A stretch of DNA of 64,000 bases from Octopus sinensis (taxonomy: Eukaryota), in contig NC_043017.1 of NCBI RefSeq assembly GCF_006345805.1, positions 30,566,001 to 30,630,000 of the forward strand, written 5' to 3'. The notes under the pieces are model-generated. The model was not told the origin of the DNA. It saw nothing but the letters and a program-made list of their open reading frames with translations, and did no database searches. Position 1 is the stretch's first letter. Every line of letters begins with the position of its first letter. The position numbers and the translations under genes were made by a program. Shown here piece after piece: positions 25,626 to 39,104 of this stretch.

Positions 25626-25899
25626 GGAAGTTCGCTGCGTATAGACACACAGCATACACATATATGCATATTACATATATTTCAAATATACATGGAGAAA
25701 AAAATAGTTAAAAGTATTTCAAAACGGGATCCCTGGTTGAGAACTTGCTAACTGCCTTACATAGGAATCGAAACCCATCATACATGTTAACAAGTCTAAC
25801 TATTTTGTCATACAAACTTTGCCCGCCCACTCATCAACATACATACATACATGTTTACGGACATACAGTGGCCACTATTCATACGTACACACAAATACA

Positions 25900-25945
25900 T
25901 AACAGGATATATATGTATATATATATATATTATTATATATAATAC

Positions 25946-25982
<37 letters not shown>

Positions 25983-26095
25983 TACATACATATATATATA
26001 TGCATACATATATATATATATGCATATATATAAACATGTATATATATATATATATATGTATGTATATATGTATATATACATATGTATGTATATGC

Positions 26096-26126
<31 letters not shown>

Positions 26127-26131
26127 TATAT

Positions 26132-26178
<47 letters not shown>

Positions 26179-26270
26179 AGTACACCCACACAACAAGGAG
26201 TGACTCATTTGAATTCATATGCTCAAGTTTTGATTTTCATTTATAAAGGGACGCAAACATAAGATTGATA

Positions 26271-26341
<71 letters not shown>

Positions 26342-26588
26342 TCCGTTTCTTTTGCATCACTTTGTCTTAACTTTTAAACATTATCTTTATATGAAGTGTC
26401 ACGAAAGCATCATCCGTAATCATCTGGCAACCGAGCGGTAATAGAGCGTTCCTTTGTTAACCACCGAATCTAATACAATCATCTGATCAATTTCTATGTC
26501 ACAATTATTCAACGAATATTCAACATCAGTTCATGACTTCCTGTCATGTAATTATTGCATTATAAATTCATATATATACAATATACAC

Positions 26589-26631
<43 letters not shown>

Positions 26632-27070
26632 GATAGATACCTTCATATATATACATATATGTATATAATATATATATATATATATATCTACATATATATA
26701 TATAGATATAGATATATTTATAAACATATTGTATATATATATTACATATATATATATATATATAATATATATAATATATATAGAGAGAGAGAGAGAGAGA
26801 GATACTTTCATATATATACATATATATATATATAATATATATATATATACCTACATATATATATATATATTTATAAAGATATTGTATATATACATGATAT
26901 ATACATTACATATATATATATATATATACATACGTATGTATGAATGTGTATTTATATATATACATACATATATATAAATACAGATACACATATAATGTAT
27001 ATGTGTGTGTCTGCGTGTGTTTGTGTGTTTGCGCGTGTGTATATATGTAAGTATATATGTAATATGTATG
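25900..27070. repeat. (TA)n-rich microsatellite cluster with short unique spacers
   Basis: Directly visible. Confidence 0.9.
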
Positions 27071-28012
27071 GATATCATATCTGTTAATCATTATTTTTAT
27101 CGGCAGAAAGTTACAAAATTAACGGCTTTCCGTTTGTTGTACCCGATCAACATGAGTGGGCGTATATATATCGCTGCGTGCGTGTGTTTGAGTATGTGTT
27201 CGTACACGACACCTGTGTGTGTGTGTATGATTTCTTTTATACATACAAACACACGCACATGACCACATATGCACACATTCACACACAGATACTTATGGAC
27301 AAAACTCTGGAACTTTGTATTCTTGTTTATTTCTGTCATGGTGGATTTGTTACTTTGTTACCACTTTTAGTCACACCAAAAGCAATTAATCACAATATAT
27401 GGCCGCTGCAGAGAAATTCTTTAAGATCATCCCCCTACACCCATCTCGTGTATGGTCGCTGAAATCTCATAGATGATCTCTCATTTTGGCAAAAATATAA
27501 ACGCTACATCTAAAATCTCTAAAATGTCATTTACCAAATATTCCAGTACTAGCACATATTCCATGCCTGAACTCCTGTTGGTATAGCGCCATATACTAGT
27601 TCTCTCTAGGCATTTATATATCATGTATTTTGCGCCAACGAAATTACTTTCAGATATGCAAGAACGCATTAATATACGCTGAATTTATATACATACATGC
27701 TTACATACATACATACATACATGGTGGCTGCCCACTCGTTATCGAGTATGGCCATTGCACGAAGCTTAATCAATGTTGTTATCGTGGAATGCTTGTGCAA
27801 GAAGAGGAAAAGCTGTGCACTAAGTCAATCCCACTCACTAAGCAACAGCAGCCATACTCCGAAAAGAAGAACAAGTCAACATCATCGGTAACCACTGAGC
27901 CGCTGGTTCTATATATCATGCGCGGGGACATAGAAATAATCGGGCATACATACATACATACATACATACATACATACATACATACATACATACATACATA
28001 CATACACACATA

Positions 28013-28635
28013 TTGCTAGACTGCAAGAAAGACTTTGACACTGTTCCCCACTCGTGAATGCTAAAATCCCTTCAACTTGTTAAAGTTCCAGTGAGGATAA
28101 ACTAAGCCATAGCTAACCTCACTTTATCGAGGGCCACCATCTTGAGATTAAACAGAAAGAATGCCTGTATTGTCACCTATAGAATACAGCATCGCAAAGG
28201 CATATTCCAAGCAGACATACTCTCTGTAATGTTGTTTTTACTTTCTGTAAGCTATTTGTTATCCATTTTAAGGAAGACTGAATGACATCTCACTGGTTCA
28301 CAAGGAAACAGAAATATCAAAATTACACGATGTTTCTTTGTGGATGAAGTAAAACTTTATGCAAAGAATATGCATGAGATGAAAAGGAGCCTTGGGCTAG
28401 TTACAATACTCCTAAATGGTTGAAGTTTGGTCAGGATAGATGTTGCTATATGGTTGTGAAAACGTTCAACCAGTCTGGTAATATCGCCATCAATGATTTG
28501 AATTTTTCCACTTTAACCCATGAGAAATGTTGCTGGTATCTAGGGATGGATGAAAATATATCTTAAATGTCACCTGTAACATGTTAACGCCGATTAAGGA
28601 AAGTCAGAACACTCTGCATTCACCAAAGCTGTGGT
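28013..28635 (+). pseudogene. R4-type non-LTR reverse transcriptase relic
   Basis: LDCKKDFDTVPHS*, KGIFQADILSVMLF, ITRCFFVDEVKLYAKN, LKFGQDRC and YLGMDENI occur in RT order, with stops and frameshifts. Confidence 0.8.
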
Positions 28636-28671
28636 ATATTATATATATATATATATATAATATATATTATA

Positions 28672-28730
<59 letters not shown>

Positions 28731-28741
28731 TACACGCATAT

Positions 28742-29141
28742 ATCTTTTATTCTTTTATTCTATCATTTTGTTTCAGTCATTTGACTGCGGCCTTGCTGGA
28801 GCATGGACTTTATGGTTACAAATAAAAAGCCCAGGACCTATACTTTGTAAGTCTAGTACTTATTCTATCGGTGTCTTTTGCCGAACCGCTAAATTACAGG
28901 GTTATAAACATACAAATATCAGTCGTGAAGTGATGGGGCGGGAAAACACTGACCCACACACATATACATATATATAGCTAAGGTCATCTTTCAGTTTCCT
29001 TCTACCAAATCCACTCATAATGATTTGGCCGGTCCGAGGATATAGTAGATGTCATTTGCCCAATTGGCCACGCAGTGGGACTGAAGCCTAGACCATGTGG
29101 TTGGTAAGCAAGCTACTTATCACACAATCCCTCCTACACCT
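28742..29141 (-). mobile_element. SINE family A
   Basis: Family A tail, body and head motifs. Confidence 0.85.
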
Positions 29142-29607
29142 ATATATACACTCAGCCTATGTGCATATGTATGCATATACTTATGCATATTTGTGTGTAT
29201 GTTTGTGAGACACTGTGCGTGGTGTGTGAGTGTGTGTGTGTACGACTATATGCATTCACACACATATTTGTCTAAATGGATACTTCTCCATACACGCTAC
29301 GCACGTATTGATAAATAGAAGTAGTGAAAGATTTATTTAAAATACTTGACTTAATAATTAATTAAATAATTAATTATAAATTTATCATTAATCAGTAATT
29401 ATTAATTAACTAACAATTAAAAATCAAGCGTCAATTATTATTAAACGTGGCAAAGAGATCAAAAGGATAGTATAACATAGAATTAACATACACTTTATAT
29501 GGCACAGTTAGCGATTGGAAAAATCGTAAAACAAACCGGTAGTTACTGAGTAAAAAATGTGGTCCTAACGAAATAACTATCGTTACAATGTGCAGAAATA
29601 GAGAACT

Positions 29608-29643
<36 letters not shown>

Positions 29644-29964
29644 GCATAGAGAGATAAACACATATACATAGACACGCAATTTTAGGTGGTTGTATATGTG
29701 CAGGAGATTGTGCATAAGTTTATACGTGATTGTGTAATAATGGCTGAGTAAATAGGAAATTCAGATGTTCGCATCAAAATATATAACGTAACGTTGTCGG
29801 TGATCGTACTAGCGTATACATAAGTGTGTTTTCAGGCATCACTGTATGGGTGCATGTATGCAGAAAGGATACGGCACAAAGGACCATAGATAAGTGAGGT
29901 CGTTGTCACACACGTTGTTGTCACATATTTTGACCCATATGTACGCATAATGCAGCATACGCCT

Positions 29965-30000
<36 letters not shown>

Positions 30001-30001
<1 letters not shown>

Positions 30002-30143
30002 GATTCGCTAGATTCTGCACGCATTTTTTTCTCTCCTTGTTTCTCTCCGTGTTTCTTTTCTGTGTTTCTTTCTGTTGAAGAGCGTAGGCTCGAAACGTAA
30101 AACACCCCCGTCTTTTGTTTATTTTCATAAGACTCCCGGTTTT
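30001..30143 (+). mobile_element. Short hammerhead-like element (same family as 23.7 kb), internally deleted, inside (TA)n
   Basis: 30068-30102: CTTT-CTGTTGA-A-GAGC(GTAG)GCTC-GAAA-CG-TA-AAA. Confidence 0.6.
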
Positions 30144-30287
30144 ATATATATATATATATATTATATATATATATACGATACATATAAGGGGTGAAATATA
30201 GTTAAGTTAATAACATTAATAAATTTCACCTAGTAGTTTTTTCGGTATGGAAATGCCCATATTCGGTAAGGATTATATATAAGTATA

Positions 30288-30383
30288 ATAAAGGTTAATT
30301 GCAACAAGTTGCTTAAACCATTTTCAGCTTTTTCTAATATGTTAGGTATGTGGTTAAGCAACTTGTTGCAATTAACCCTTTAT
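30288..30383. repeat. 33-bp-arm inverted repeat (hairpin/MITE-like)
   Basis: ATAAAGGTTAATTGCAACAAGTTGCTTAAACCA ... TGGTTAAGCAACTTGTTGCAATTAACCCTTTAT, 30-nt spacer. Confidence 0.85.
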
Positions 30384-30414
30384 CATAATTATATATATAT
30401 ATATATATTATATA

Positions 30415-30497
<83 letters not shown>

Positions 30498-31118
30498 AGA
30501 TAGATATGCGTTTGTGTGTCTGTCTGTACATGCATAAATACACACACACAAACACACACACACATACATATATATTTATATATATATATATACATTCATA
30601 CATACAATAATACCATGATGATGCTGTTGAAATTCAAACGAAGGAGCCTTAGTAATCGCCTCTTTCCCTGTTGGCAAGAAATCTTGAAATAAAACTGAAT
30701 AATGACATACATAAGTACATGCATACCTATACACATACATACACATATTCATACATACACTCACGCACACACATACATCATATATACATAAGTACATACG
30801 TGCAAACATCCACACACACGTATACAAACACGTATATGTATATATGTGTATGTATATATACAAACATACACACACACACACACATATACGTACATGTATT
30901 CCGTACATACATGCATGTATTGATATATACATGTTGCTTTGTATATGTATGTGGATGCACGGGCATGGTTTTGGGGAAAGATATGCAGTTTATTTCCCGA
31001 CGATATGCTTTCATGATACGTCCCACTGGATATGTAGACAGAAATTTGAAAAAAAAAACCATGCCGGTAATTCTTGTTCGTACACTTTATATATATGTAT
31101 ATATATATATATATTATA

Positions 31119-31185
<67 letters not shown>

Positions 31186-31717
31186 ATACTAAGTAGTTAG
31201 GGTTGGTTTAGCAACTAATTGCCTCACCAACACACCGAATTTAGAAATAGCAGTCAAAGAGATATAGCTATTCCTTCTACTAAAAGGGGGATCTCAGTAA
31301 AAACAGCACTTGAAAGGCAAACACAGACAGAAAAACACAAGAAAGAAAAATATATATATATATAATATATATATATAAGTATGTATGTGCGCATTCTTCT
31401 TTTCGTTGTTTTCTACCCATCTCGCATGAATACCATTCTTTGTTTTCTTTCCCGTAATCTAGCAGTAAAAGACATCCATAGAATAAATGGCAGATTTAAA
31501 AAAAACCAAATGGTCGTTTTTTTTTTCCTTTCCAAACCCTTCCAGTCCTTGGTACTAATCCAACGATTGAAGCGAATACTTTATATTTGATCATATATAT
31601 GTATATATACATCTATATATATATATATATATAATATATATATATATTATATATATATAACATTATATATAAGGGCTTAGTATTTTACCCTCAATTGTTG
31701 AAATTATATATATATAT

Positions 31718-31835
<118 letters not shown>

Positions 31836-32687
31836 GCATACATATATATGTATATACGTTTATACGTGTATTGCTTCTGTATACAACCTCACGCCCACAC
31901 ACACACATACGCACGCACAAAGACGTCCTCTCTATCTCTCTCACGTACACACAAATACGCATATTATTCGACTGAAAAGTGACGAAGATGCACAATAAAC
32001 TTCAAACAACAGTTGCAGTCTACTCAGATAATTGAAAGTAAATTAACAGATGTTGCATTCCATTTCGATGTATCAAATATTTTAACCTTTCCCTTATATG
32101 TATATAATTACACACACACATATACACAAATGGATTTATATATTATTGCAACTTTGTGAAATTCATAGAAGCGTAGAACCTTTCAACGCACAAACATCCA
32201 TGTACTCATATATCTGGTTACTGTGCTGTCAATGCATACACTACTCACTTACATCCTAGTGTATTTACTAATTCTGTCAGTATACACATAAAAAAATACT
32301 TATACAGAAACACACATTAACACCCGAACTCTGGCTTCCCCAACTTTTATGGAGGCCTTGTACTTCATTTCTGCTTTTATAGTATCAGTTTTTCACCATT
32401 AATGATGTAATTCAATCAAGCTCTCTCGTTTTTAGTTTAATACGTCCAAATATTTTGCAAAGCTTTCCTCATACTATGTAAATTTTATCCCTTTCATGTT
32501 TTCACCGCTCTTTACTGTAATTAATATCTAGTTTTTCATTGCTTATTAAATGATGATGATTGATCGGTAATTGATTATTACTTAAATGCTAATCCATACT
32601 GTATAGACTAAAATCTTGGACGTTAAAACGTAACATTTCAGCATTGTACATGTGGTAGATAAATATAGGTGTATGTGTGTACATATA

Positions 32688-32741
<54 letters not shown>

Positions 32742-32785
32742 GTATGTATATATATATATATATTATATATATATATATATGTATG

Positions 32786-32856
<71 letters not shown>

Positions 32857-33009
32857 TATATAATATCAGTGATGTAGCATGCGTATAAAACCAGAACGGT
32901 AAAAAAATGATCAATTAATAATTGAGGCTACTAAGAAGCAGTACCGGCAGGCTATATATATATATATATATATACATACAAGAAAAAAACAACAAAAATG
33001 GGATCAATA

Positions 33010-33099
33010 TTTCGGTACAATTGTTTCGTACGAAGACCAGCTTTATTAAGGCTGCAAATATTGCAGCAAATATACGTGACCCGTACTCATCAGCCGAAA
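33010..33099 (-). ncRNA. Type I hammerhead ribozyme, canonical core
   Basis: TTTCGG-CTGATGA-GTACG...CGTAC-GAAAC-AATT-GT-A-CCGAAA: 6-bp stem I, 5-bp stem II, GUA cleavage triplet. Confidence 0.8.
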
Positions 33100-33338
33100 A
33101 AACATCTGAGTTCTCCAAACATCTAAGGGGGTGAGGCTACACTCCTGAAACATCCGGGATAGTTATATAAAAATCAGAGGTTTTTTAAAATACTTTTTTA
33201 AAACCTGTTATATGACTGTGCAACATTAAAGAACTTTGGAAATCCGTTTATTATCTAAATCTGATTTTTATAGAACTATCCCTGATGTTTCAGGAGTGTA
33301 GCCTCACCCCCTTAGATGTTTGGAGAACTCAGATGTTT

Positions 33339-33428
33339 TTTCGGCTGATGAGTACGGGTCACTTGTATTTGCTGCAATATTTGCAGCCTTAATATAGCTG
33401 GTCTTCTTACGAAACAATTGTACCGAAA
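33339..33428 (+). ncRNA. Type I hammerhead ribozyme, canonical core
   Basis: TTTCGG-CTGATGA-GTACG...CTTAC-GAAAC-AATT-GT-A-CCGAAA. Predicted cleavage after A33422. Confidence 0.78.
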
Positions 33429-33636
33429 TATTGATCCATTTTTGTTGCTTTTTTCTTGTTTATAATTACCCCGCATTATCTTATGGTTAATACCATATAG
33501 ATTTCTGGTGCATCTAAGTTAAGTACCGCATTCATGTGAATTCAACAGAACTCACTTGAATCTTAATTGCTTTTATATATATATATATACACACACACAT
33601 ATATATACACACACACACATATATATATATATACAC

Positions 33637-33676
<40 letters not shown>

Positions 33677-33714
33677 ATATACACACATATATATGCATCT
33701 ATGTTGTATTTTTC

Positions 33715-33928
33715 TGTGCGTGTGTTTGTGTCTATGTTTGTACCCCTCACCATGCCTCGAGAACGGATATAGGTATGTTTTCGTCTCCGTAACTTAACGG
33801 TTTGTCAAAAGAAACCGATATAATAAACAACGGGCGTATAAACAATAAGTCCTGGCGTGGATTTCTTCTACTAAAAGGCGTTGCTCCAGCATGACCGCTC
33901 TCAAATGACGGAAACAAGTAAGAGAATT
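33715..33928 (+). mobile_element. SINE family A, 3' half, diverged
   Basis: AATAAGTCCTGG...AAGGCGTTGCTCCAGCATGACCG...GAAACAAGTAAGAG. Confidence 0.7.
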
Positions 33929-34053
33929 AAAAAAATATGTAAATATTTTTTTTCAGTGTCAGAAACGCAGTAAATTTTACTCATTAGGTTCTCCCTTGAC
34001 ATCCCTGAGAATCGCAAAGCATAACTCTAGCACACCTGGTAGAATTATTTGAT

Positions 34054-34477
34054 TTACTCTTTACTCTTTTACTCTTTTACTTGTTTCAGTCATTTGACTG
34101 CGGCCATGCTGGAGCACCGCCTTTAATCGAGCAACTTGACCCCAGGACTTATTCTTTTGGAAGCCCAGTACTTATTCTATCGGTCCCTTTTGCCGAACCG
34201 CTAAGTAACGGGGACATAAACACACCAGCATCGGTTGTCAAGCAATGCTAGGGGGACAAACACAGACACACGAACACACACACACACACACACACATATA
34301 CATATATATACATATATACGACGGGCTTCTTTCAGTTTCCGTCTACCAAATCCACTCACAAGGCTTTGGTCGGCCCGAGGCTATAGTAGAAGACACTTGT
34401 CTAAGGTGCCACGCAGTGGGACTGAACCCGGAACCATGTGGTTGGTAAACAAGCTACTTACCACACAGCCACTCCTG
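34054..34477 (-). mobile_element. SINE family A, young full-length copy
   Basis: Closely matches 8974-9429 and 46511-46909; A and B boxes intact. Confidence 0.92.
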
Positions 34478-36027
34478 TTGATAGAAAAATTGGAAAATTT
34501 AGATCTGGGGAGATTCAATTAAAAAATGTGTGTTTTAAGAAATTCCCAATTGAAATCTCCTTGGCTCCGTAAGTAATCTACTTATCCCTAATAATTGACG
34601 TTTCATGTACTGACTCCATTTCTGCTCTTTTAAGCCTTAAATAATCCTTATGATAGGAAATTGAATGTTGCAAAAAATGTCAAACAGTGTTTCCAAAATG
34701 TTAGTCGTTACTGTCTTAAACATTAAGGTTTTGAGTTACTCCAACGTTTGCCATTAATTTGCATTACACATGACAATGGCGAGGGGTCATTGACCAAACT
34801 TATCACGTATTTACTATCACTTAAATGTTTATAGATTCAGTATAGGACTACATCTTACTGACTGCTACAACACATGCGTAAGAATACTTTTTCCTATCTT
34901 TGCCGTGTTGAGAATTTCTAACGAATCGAGGTGCAGTTAATATACGCAGCTAAATACAAATAAATAATTTTGGGAATTAAATTACAAATTCGGAATTATG
35001 TAAGCTTTTAAATGAAGGATTACAAGATTCATTAAAAGGGGAAAATCAATGAAATTTCCTTTCGGGGATTATCGATATTTTGTGTAAAATACTGATATTT
35101 TAAAAATTCATTTTGTTCTTCTCTGTATACGTATATATGTATATATTACACGTTCATATTCATCGCTAAAAGAATATTAAATAATATGTGATAGGTGAAG
35201 TATTTAATATTAAATATATGTAAATAATAAAATATTATGCATATATGAATGCTGTGTATCATTAGAAAGAGAATATCAAATCTAGAAATGGTAGTAATAT
35301 CGATTACACAACAAGGAACATGAGGTTAATTCAGGCTATGATGATATACGAACACACACATCCACACACATGCTTATTCACGAACGCACACACATACTCG
35401 CATTATATATTACATAGATTGAGCTATTCTATGCAATCAGTAAAGGCAATGATGCAGGTTTAAGAGCTTCATTTGTAATAACAATATGTTCGTTATTTTC
35501 TTTGGCTTTCCAATATTTAATGCGATATTTAACGCACAACTCATAAAGAGCAATTTCATATAATCTTTTGATACCTTCTTACTGCAGATCTGTCAATCAT
35601 ATATCTTCCTTACTTCAGAAATTTCATCATTCGTTGAATCTTCTTACTATAAAAATGTTCATCGCAATTCGGAAAACGTAATAGGCCGATACCAATTGCG
35701 TTTACAATAAAAAAAAAACCTTTATGAAATAAATCATTATAGCTGCTAACCATCTACAATCACGTTTCTAGAGTCTAATATTTTCTCCTTTATTTTCCAA
35801 TAAAATACATATTTTCAAGAAAGATGGAAACGCACTTAAACTAAATTGCTTCTGTAAAAATTGTGAATATGTTTCAAGTTCCACTAACCATAGCAATGCC
35901 GTAACATTAAAGCAGTCTTAAGGTGTCAATCTCAAACAATTGACACCTGAATAATAATTGTTTCTTGAAAATACTTTTGTGCTGAATGTCATTCACGTAT
36001 TAATATAAGCTAAATTAGAGTCTACAA

Positions 36028-36095
36028 TGTAGTAGTTAAGAGTGTGAGCTACTAGCCCCAAGATTGCGAGTTCGGTTCCAGTCAGTGACATGAAC
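36028..36095 (+). mobile_element. tRNA-like (Pol III) head of a short element
   Basis: TGTAGTAGTTAAGAG (A-box-like) and GAGTTCGGTTCC (B-box-like), followed by (AAT)n. Confidence 0.55.
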
Positions 36096-36118
36096 AATAA
36101 TAATAATAATAATGATGT

Positions 36119-36440
36119 GAGGGCGCGTGGCTTAGTGGTTAGGGCATTCGGATCATGATCGTAAGGTTGTGAGTTTGATTCCCGGCGACGCGTTGTGTCC
36201 TTGAGCAAGACACTTTATTTCACGTTGCTCCAGTCCACTCAGCTGGCAAAAATGAGTTGTACTTGTATTTCAAAGGGTCAGCCTTGTCACTCTCTGTGTC
36301 ACGCTGATTATCCCCGAGAACTACGTTAAGGGTACACGTGTCTGTGGAATGCTCAGCCATTTGCACGTTAATTTCACGAGCAAGCTGTTCCGTTGATCGT
36401 ATCAGCTGGGACCCTCGTCGTCGTAACCGGCGGAGTCTTT
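36119..36440 (+). mobile_element. SINE family D (tRNA head, CORE-like centre, family B 3' tail)
   Basis: GGGCGCGTGGCTTAGTGGTTAGG head and TGTGTCCTTGAGCAAGACACTT centre. 3' half shared with family B. AATAATAATGAT on both flanks. Confidence 0.85.
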
Positions 36441-36442
36441 AG

Positions 36443-36452
36443 AATAATAATG

Positions 36453-36540
<88 letters not shown>
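36443..36540. repeat. (AAT)n microsatellite
   Basis: Directly visible. Confidence 0.97.
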
Positions 36541-36542
<2 letters not shown>

Positions 36543-36688
36543 TCGAAAATACCTTATGAATGAGAACACAGGTTCGAAATTACCCCTAGACACCTGATGA
36601 AGCCTGGAGGATATATCAGCCGAAACGTTGCGTTAACAACACACTAGATGAGGACAAGTATGTGTCAAATGTAAATAATGTAAATAAT
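36541..36688 (+). mobile_element. Penelope-like terminus with minimal hammerhead motif
   Basis: 36590-36633: ACAC-CTGATGA-A-GCCTG...CAGCC-GAAA-CG-TT-GCGT, with one mismatch each in stems I and II. Ends in the TGTAAATAA tandem. Confidence 0.65.
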
Positions 36689-37003
36689 GATCTTGGTCTT
36701 TCCTGAAATGTATTGACTCGAATACTAAGGATAGTTAAGTTTTGAATTTAAACCATACTGTTATGATATCATTAATGAAGATCGTTCCGATTAAACAAAG
36801 CATAAAAACAAGTCTTAAAATATCTTCCACTGTCTGCATTATTCATGCTGCTTTCCTATTTGAAAACGATAATGGTCAGGGATTTCAGGTAAGTGAGCGA
36901 CAGGAGACAATATGAAGTTACGAGCATCCCAAAAGTTGGAATGGTAGACTCAGCATCGAAGATCAACACAATTTCATGAGTACTAAGCCTGGCATTAAGG
37001 ATG

Positions 37004-37051
<48 letters not shown>

Positions 37052-37054
<3 letters not shown>

Positions 37055-39101
37055 TAGTTTTATTTTTTATAGCATGCGTTCACTTCACTACCGAGCGCAG
37101 CTCTGTGTGCCTTGGGTATGTGCTGTGATTTGTTGTGATGCTCTGATGGTTATTGTATGGAAAGTGTTCTGCGTAGGATGCGTGCAGTGCCTAGTAGTGC
37201 AATTTTCCGTATGTTATATGTGTTTGTAAGTCCTGGTGTTTTTGTTATGTATTTGTCTGAATATTTTTTATCATGCCTAATGCACCTACTATGATAGGAA
37301 TTGTTTCTGCTTTTAGATTCCACATTCTGGTTACCTCTATTTCCAGGTCTTTGTATTTTGAAAGTTTCTCCATTTCTTTTAGAGACACGTTGTCATCTGC
37401 CGGTATTGATAAATCAATTAGAAAACATTTTTTTTCTTCATGATCTCTGACAACTATATCTGGTCAGTTGGCCTTAATTTCTCTTTCTGTGTGTATCGGC
37501 ATATCCCAGAGTATGGTTGCTTTCTCGTTTTCTGTGACCTTTTCTGGTGTGTGCCTATACCATCTTTTTTCTGTTGTTATTCCATAATGTTGGCATAGCT
37601 TCCAGTGTATGGAGGTTCCAACTCTGTCATGGCTGTGAATATATTCCTTCTTAGCCAGGACTGGGCAGCCAGAGATAATATGATTTATTGTTTCTTGTTC
37701 ATCTCCACATATTCTGCAGTTACTTGTTATATTTCTTTTCATTAAATGTTTTTTGTAATTTCTGGTGGGGCGGCTTTGGTCTTGTGCTGCAATTAAAAAT
37801 GCCTCTGTCTTTGCTTTGAGTCCTGAGCTTCTCAACCAGTACTGGGATTTTTCTTTGTCTATTTCTTTTGCATTTAGTTTAGTCTAGTATTTACCATGAA
37901 GGGGTTTTTCTTGCCATCGATTTATCATGGTTCTTTGCTGTTCTATTTTTAGTTTGGAATTCATTTGTTTTATAGCTTTTGTTGTTTCTTCTTCTTCTTC
38001 TTCTTCTTCTTCTTCTTCTTCTTCTTCTTCTTCTTCTTCTTCTTCTTCTTCTTCTTCTTCTTCTTCTTCTTCTTCTTCTTCTTCTTCTCTTCTTCTTCTT
38101 CTTCTTCTTTATATTTGTCAGGTGGTATGATTTCTTGTTTGTATTTGCCAGCTTCCTTAAATACTGAGAACAGTTTTTTGTTTTGCTCGTGTTTTGCCGC
38201 TATTAGTATCAGTTTTCCTTCTTTCTGAAGTAGATATTTTTGCAGTCCTATGGTGGTTATTTTATAGTAGTTTTCCAGCTGTATAAGCCCTCTACCCCCT
38301 TCTATACGTTGTATATATAGTCTTTCTATGTCAGATTTTGGGTGATACATCCTAGATCCTGTCATTATTTTTCTTGTTTTCCTATCTATTTTGGTCAGTT
38401 CATTTAGTGTCCAGTTAAGGATATTGTAGCTGTAACTTATACCTGGGACAGCTAAAGTGTTAATACCTATTATCTTGTTTTTAACATTGAGCTCTGTTTT
38501 TAGTATTGATCTAACTCGTCTATAATATTCTTTTTTATTTACTCTTTCATTTGTGCGTTGTGTCTTATCTAGTTCATGGATTCCTAAGTATTTGTAAGTC
38601 TGGCTTTGGTCTAATTCTTTTATTTCATTGGTTTTATCTAGTGTGATGTTGCTACTCTTAACTAGTTTTCCTCTTTTCAGGGTTACTTTGGCGCATTTTT
38701 CTAATCCAAATTTCATATCTAATTCTTTGGTAAATCCATGAACTGTCTTTAATAGTGTTTCCAGCTGTTTGTTATTTGCAGCGTGTAGTTTTAGGTCATC
38801 CATATATAAAAGGTGGCTGATCGTTTTGCCGTAACATTTATATCCGCATCCAGTTCTATTTAGCATATCAGATAGAGGTGACAGTGCCAAGCAGAAAAGG
38901 GGTGGAGAGAGCGTGTCTCCCTGGAATATTCCTCTTCTAATGGGGATGGCTTTGGTTTTCATGAGTCCCTCTTTTGTTTGGAGCTGTAGCACTGTTTGCC
39001 ATTTATTCATAGAGTGCCCAATGAATTTTATAATTGTTGGTGCTACTTTGTTAATGGCTAGTGTTTCGAGGATCCATGTGTGGGGGATGCTATCAAACGC
39101 C

Positions 39102-39104
<3 letters not shown>
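37052..39104 (-). mobile_element. R4/Dong-clade non-LTR retrotransposon, 5'-truncated (RT plus restriction-like endonuclease), inactivated
   Basis: KKAFDSIPHTW, RRGIFQGDTLSP, HLLYMDDLKL, AAQDQS, CRIC...HIISGCP zinc knuckle, N*PDIV...IDLSIP nuclease, terminal IALLGTARILRRTLSIQ* (stop at 37150). Internal stops and a (GAA)n expansion. Confidence 0.92.
37986..38110. repeat. (CTT)n/(GAA)n microsatellite within the LINE ORF
   Basis: Directly visible; one frame-shifting interruption. Confidence 0.97.

Larger units (their letters stand above)
32978..33459. repeat. Fold-back element: two ~200-bp inverted arms, 81-bp spacer
   Basis: 32978-33178 is the reverse complement of 33260-33459 with few mismatches. 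Confidence 0.9.

Noticed and set aside
36763-36894. ATG-initiated 42-codon frame ending at CAG|GTAAGT
   Set aside because: One such 9-mer is roughly expected by chance in 64 kb and the peptide is unrecognised; not supportable without RNA data.
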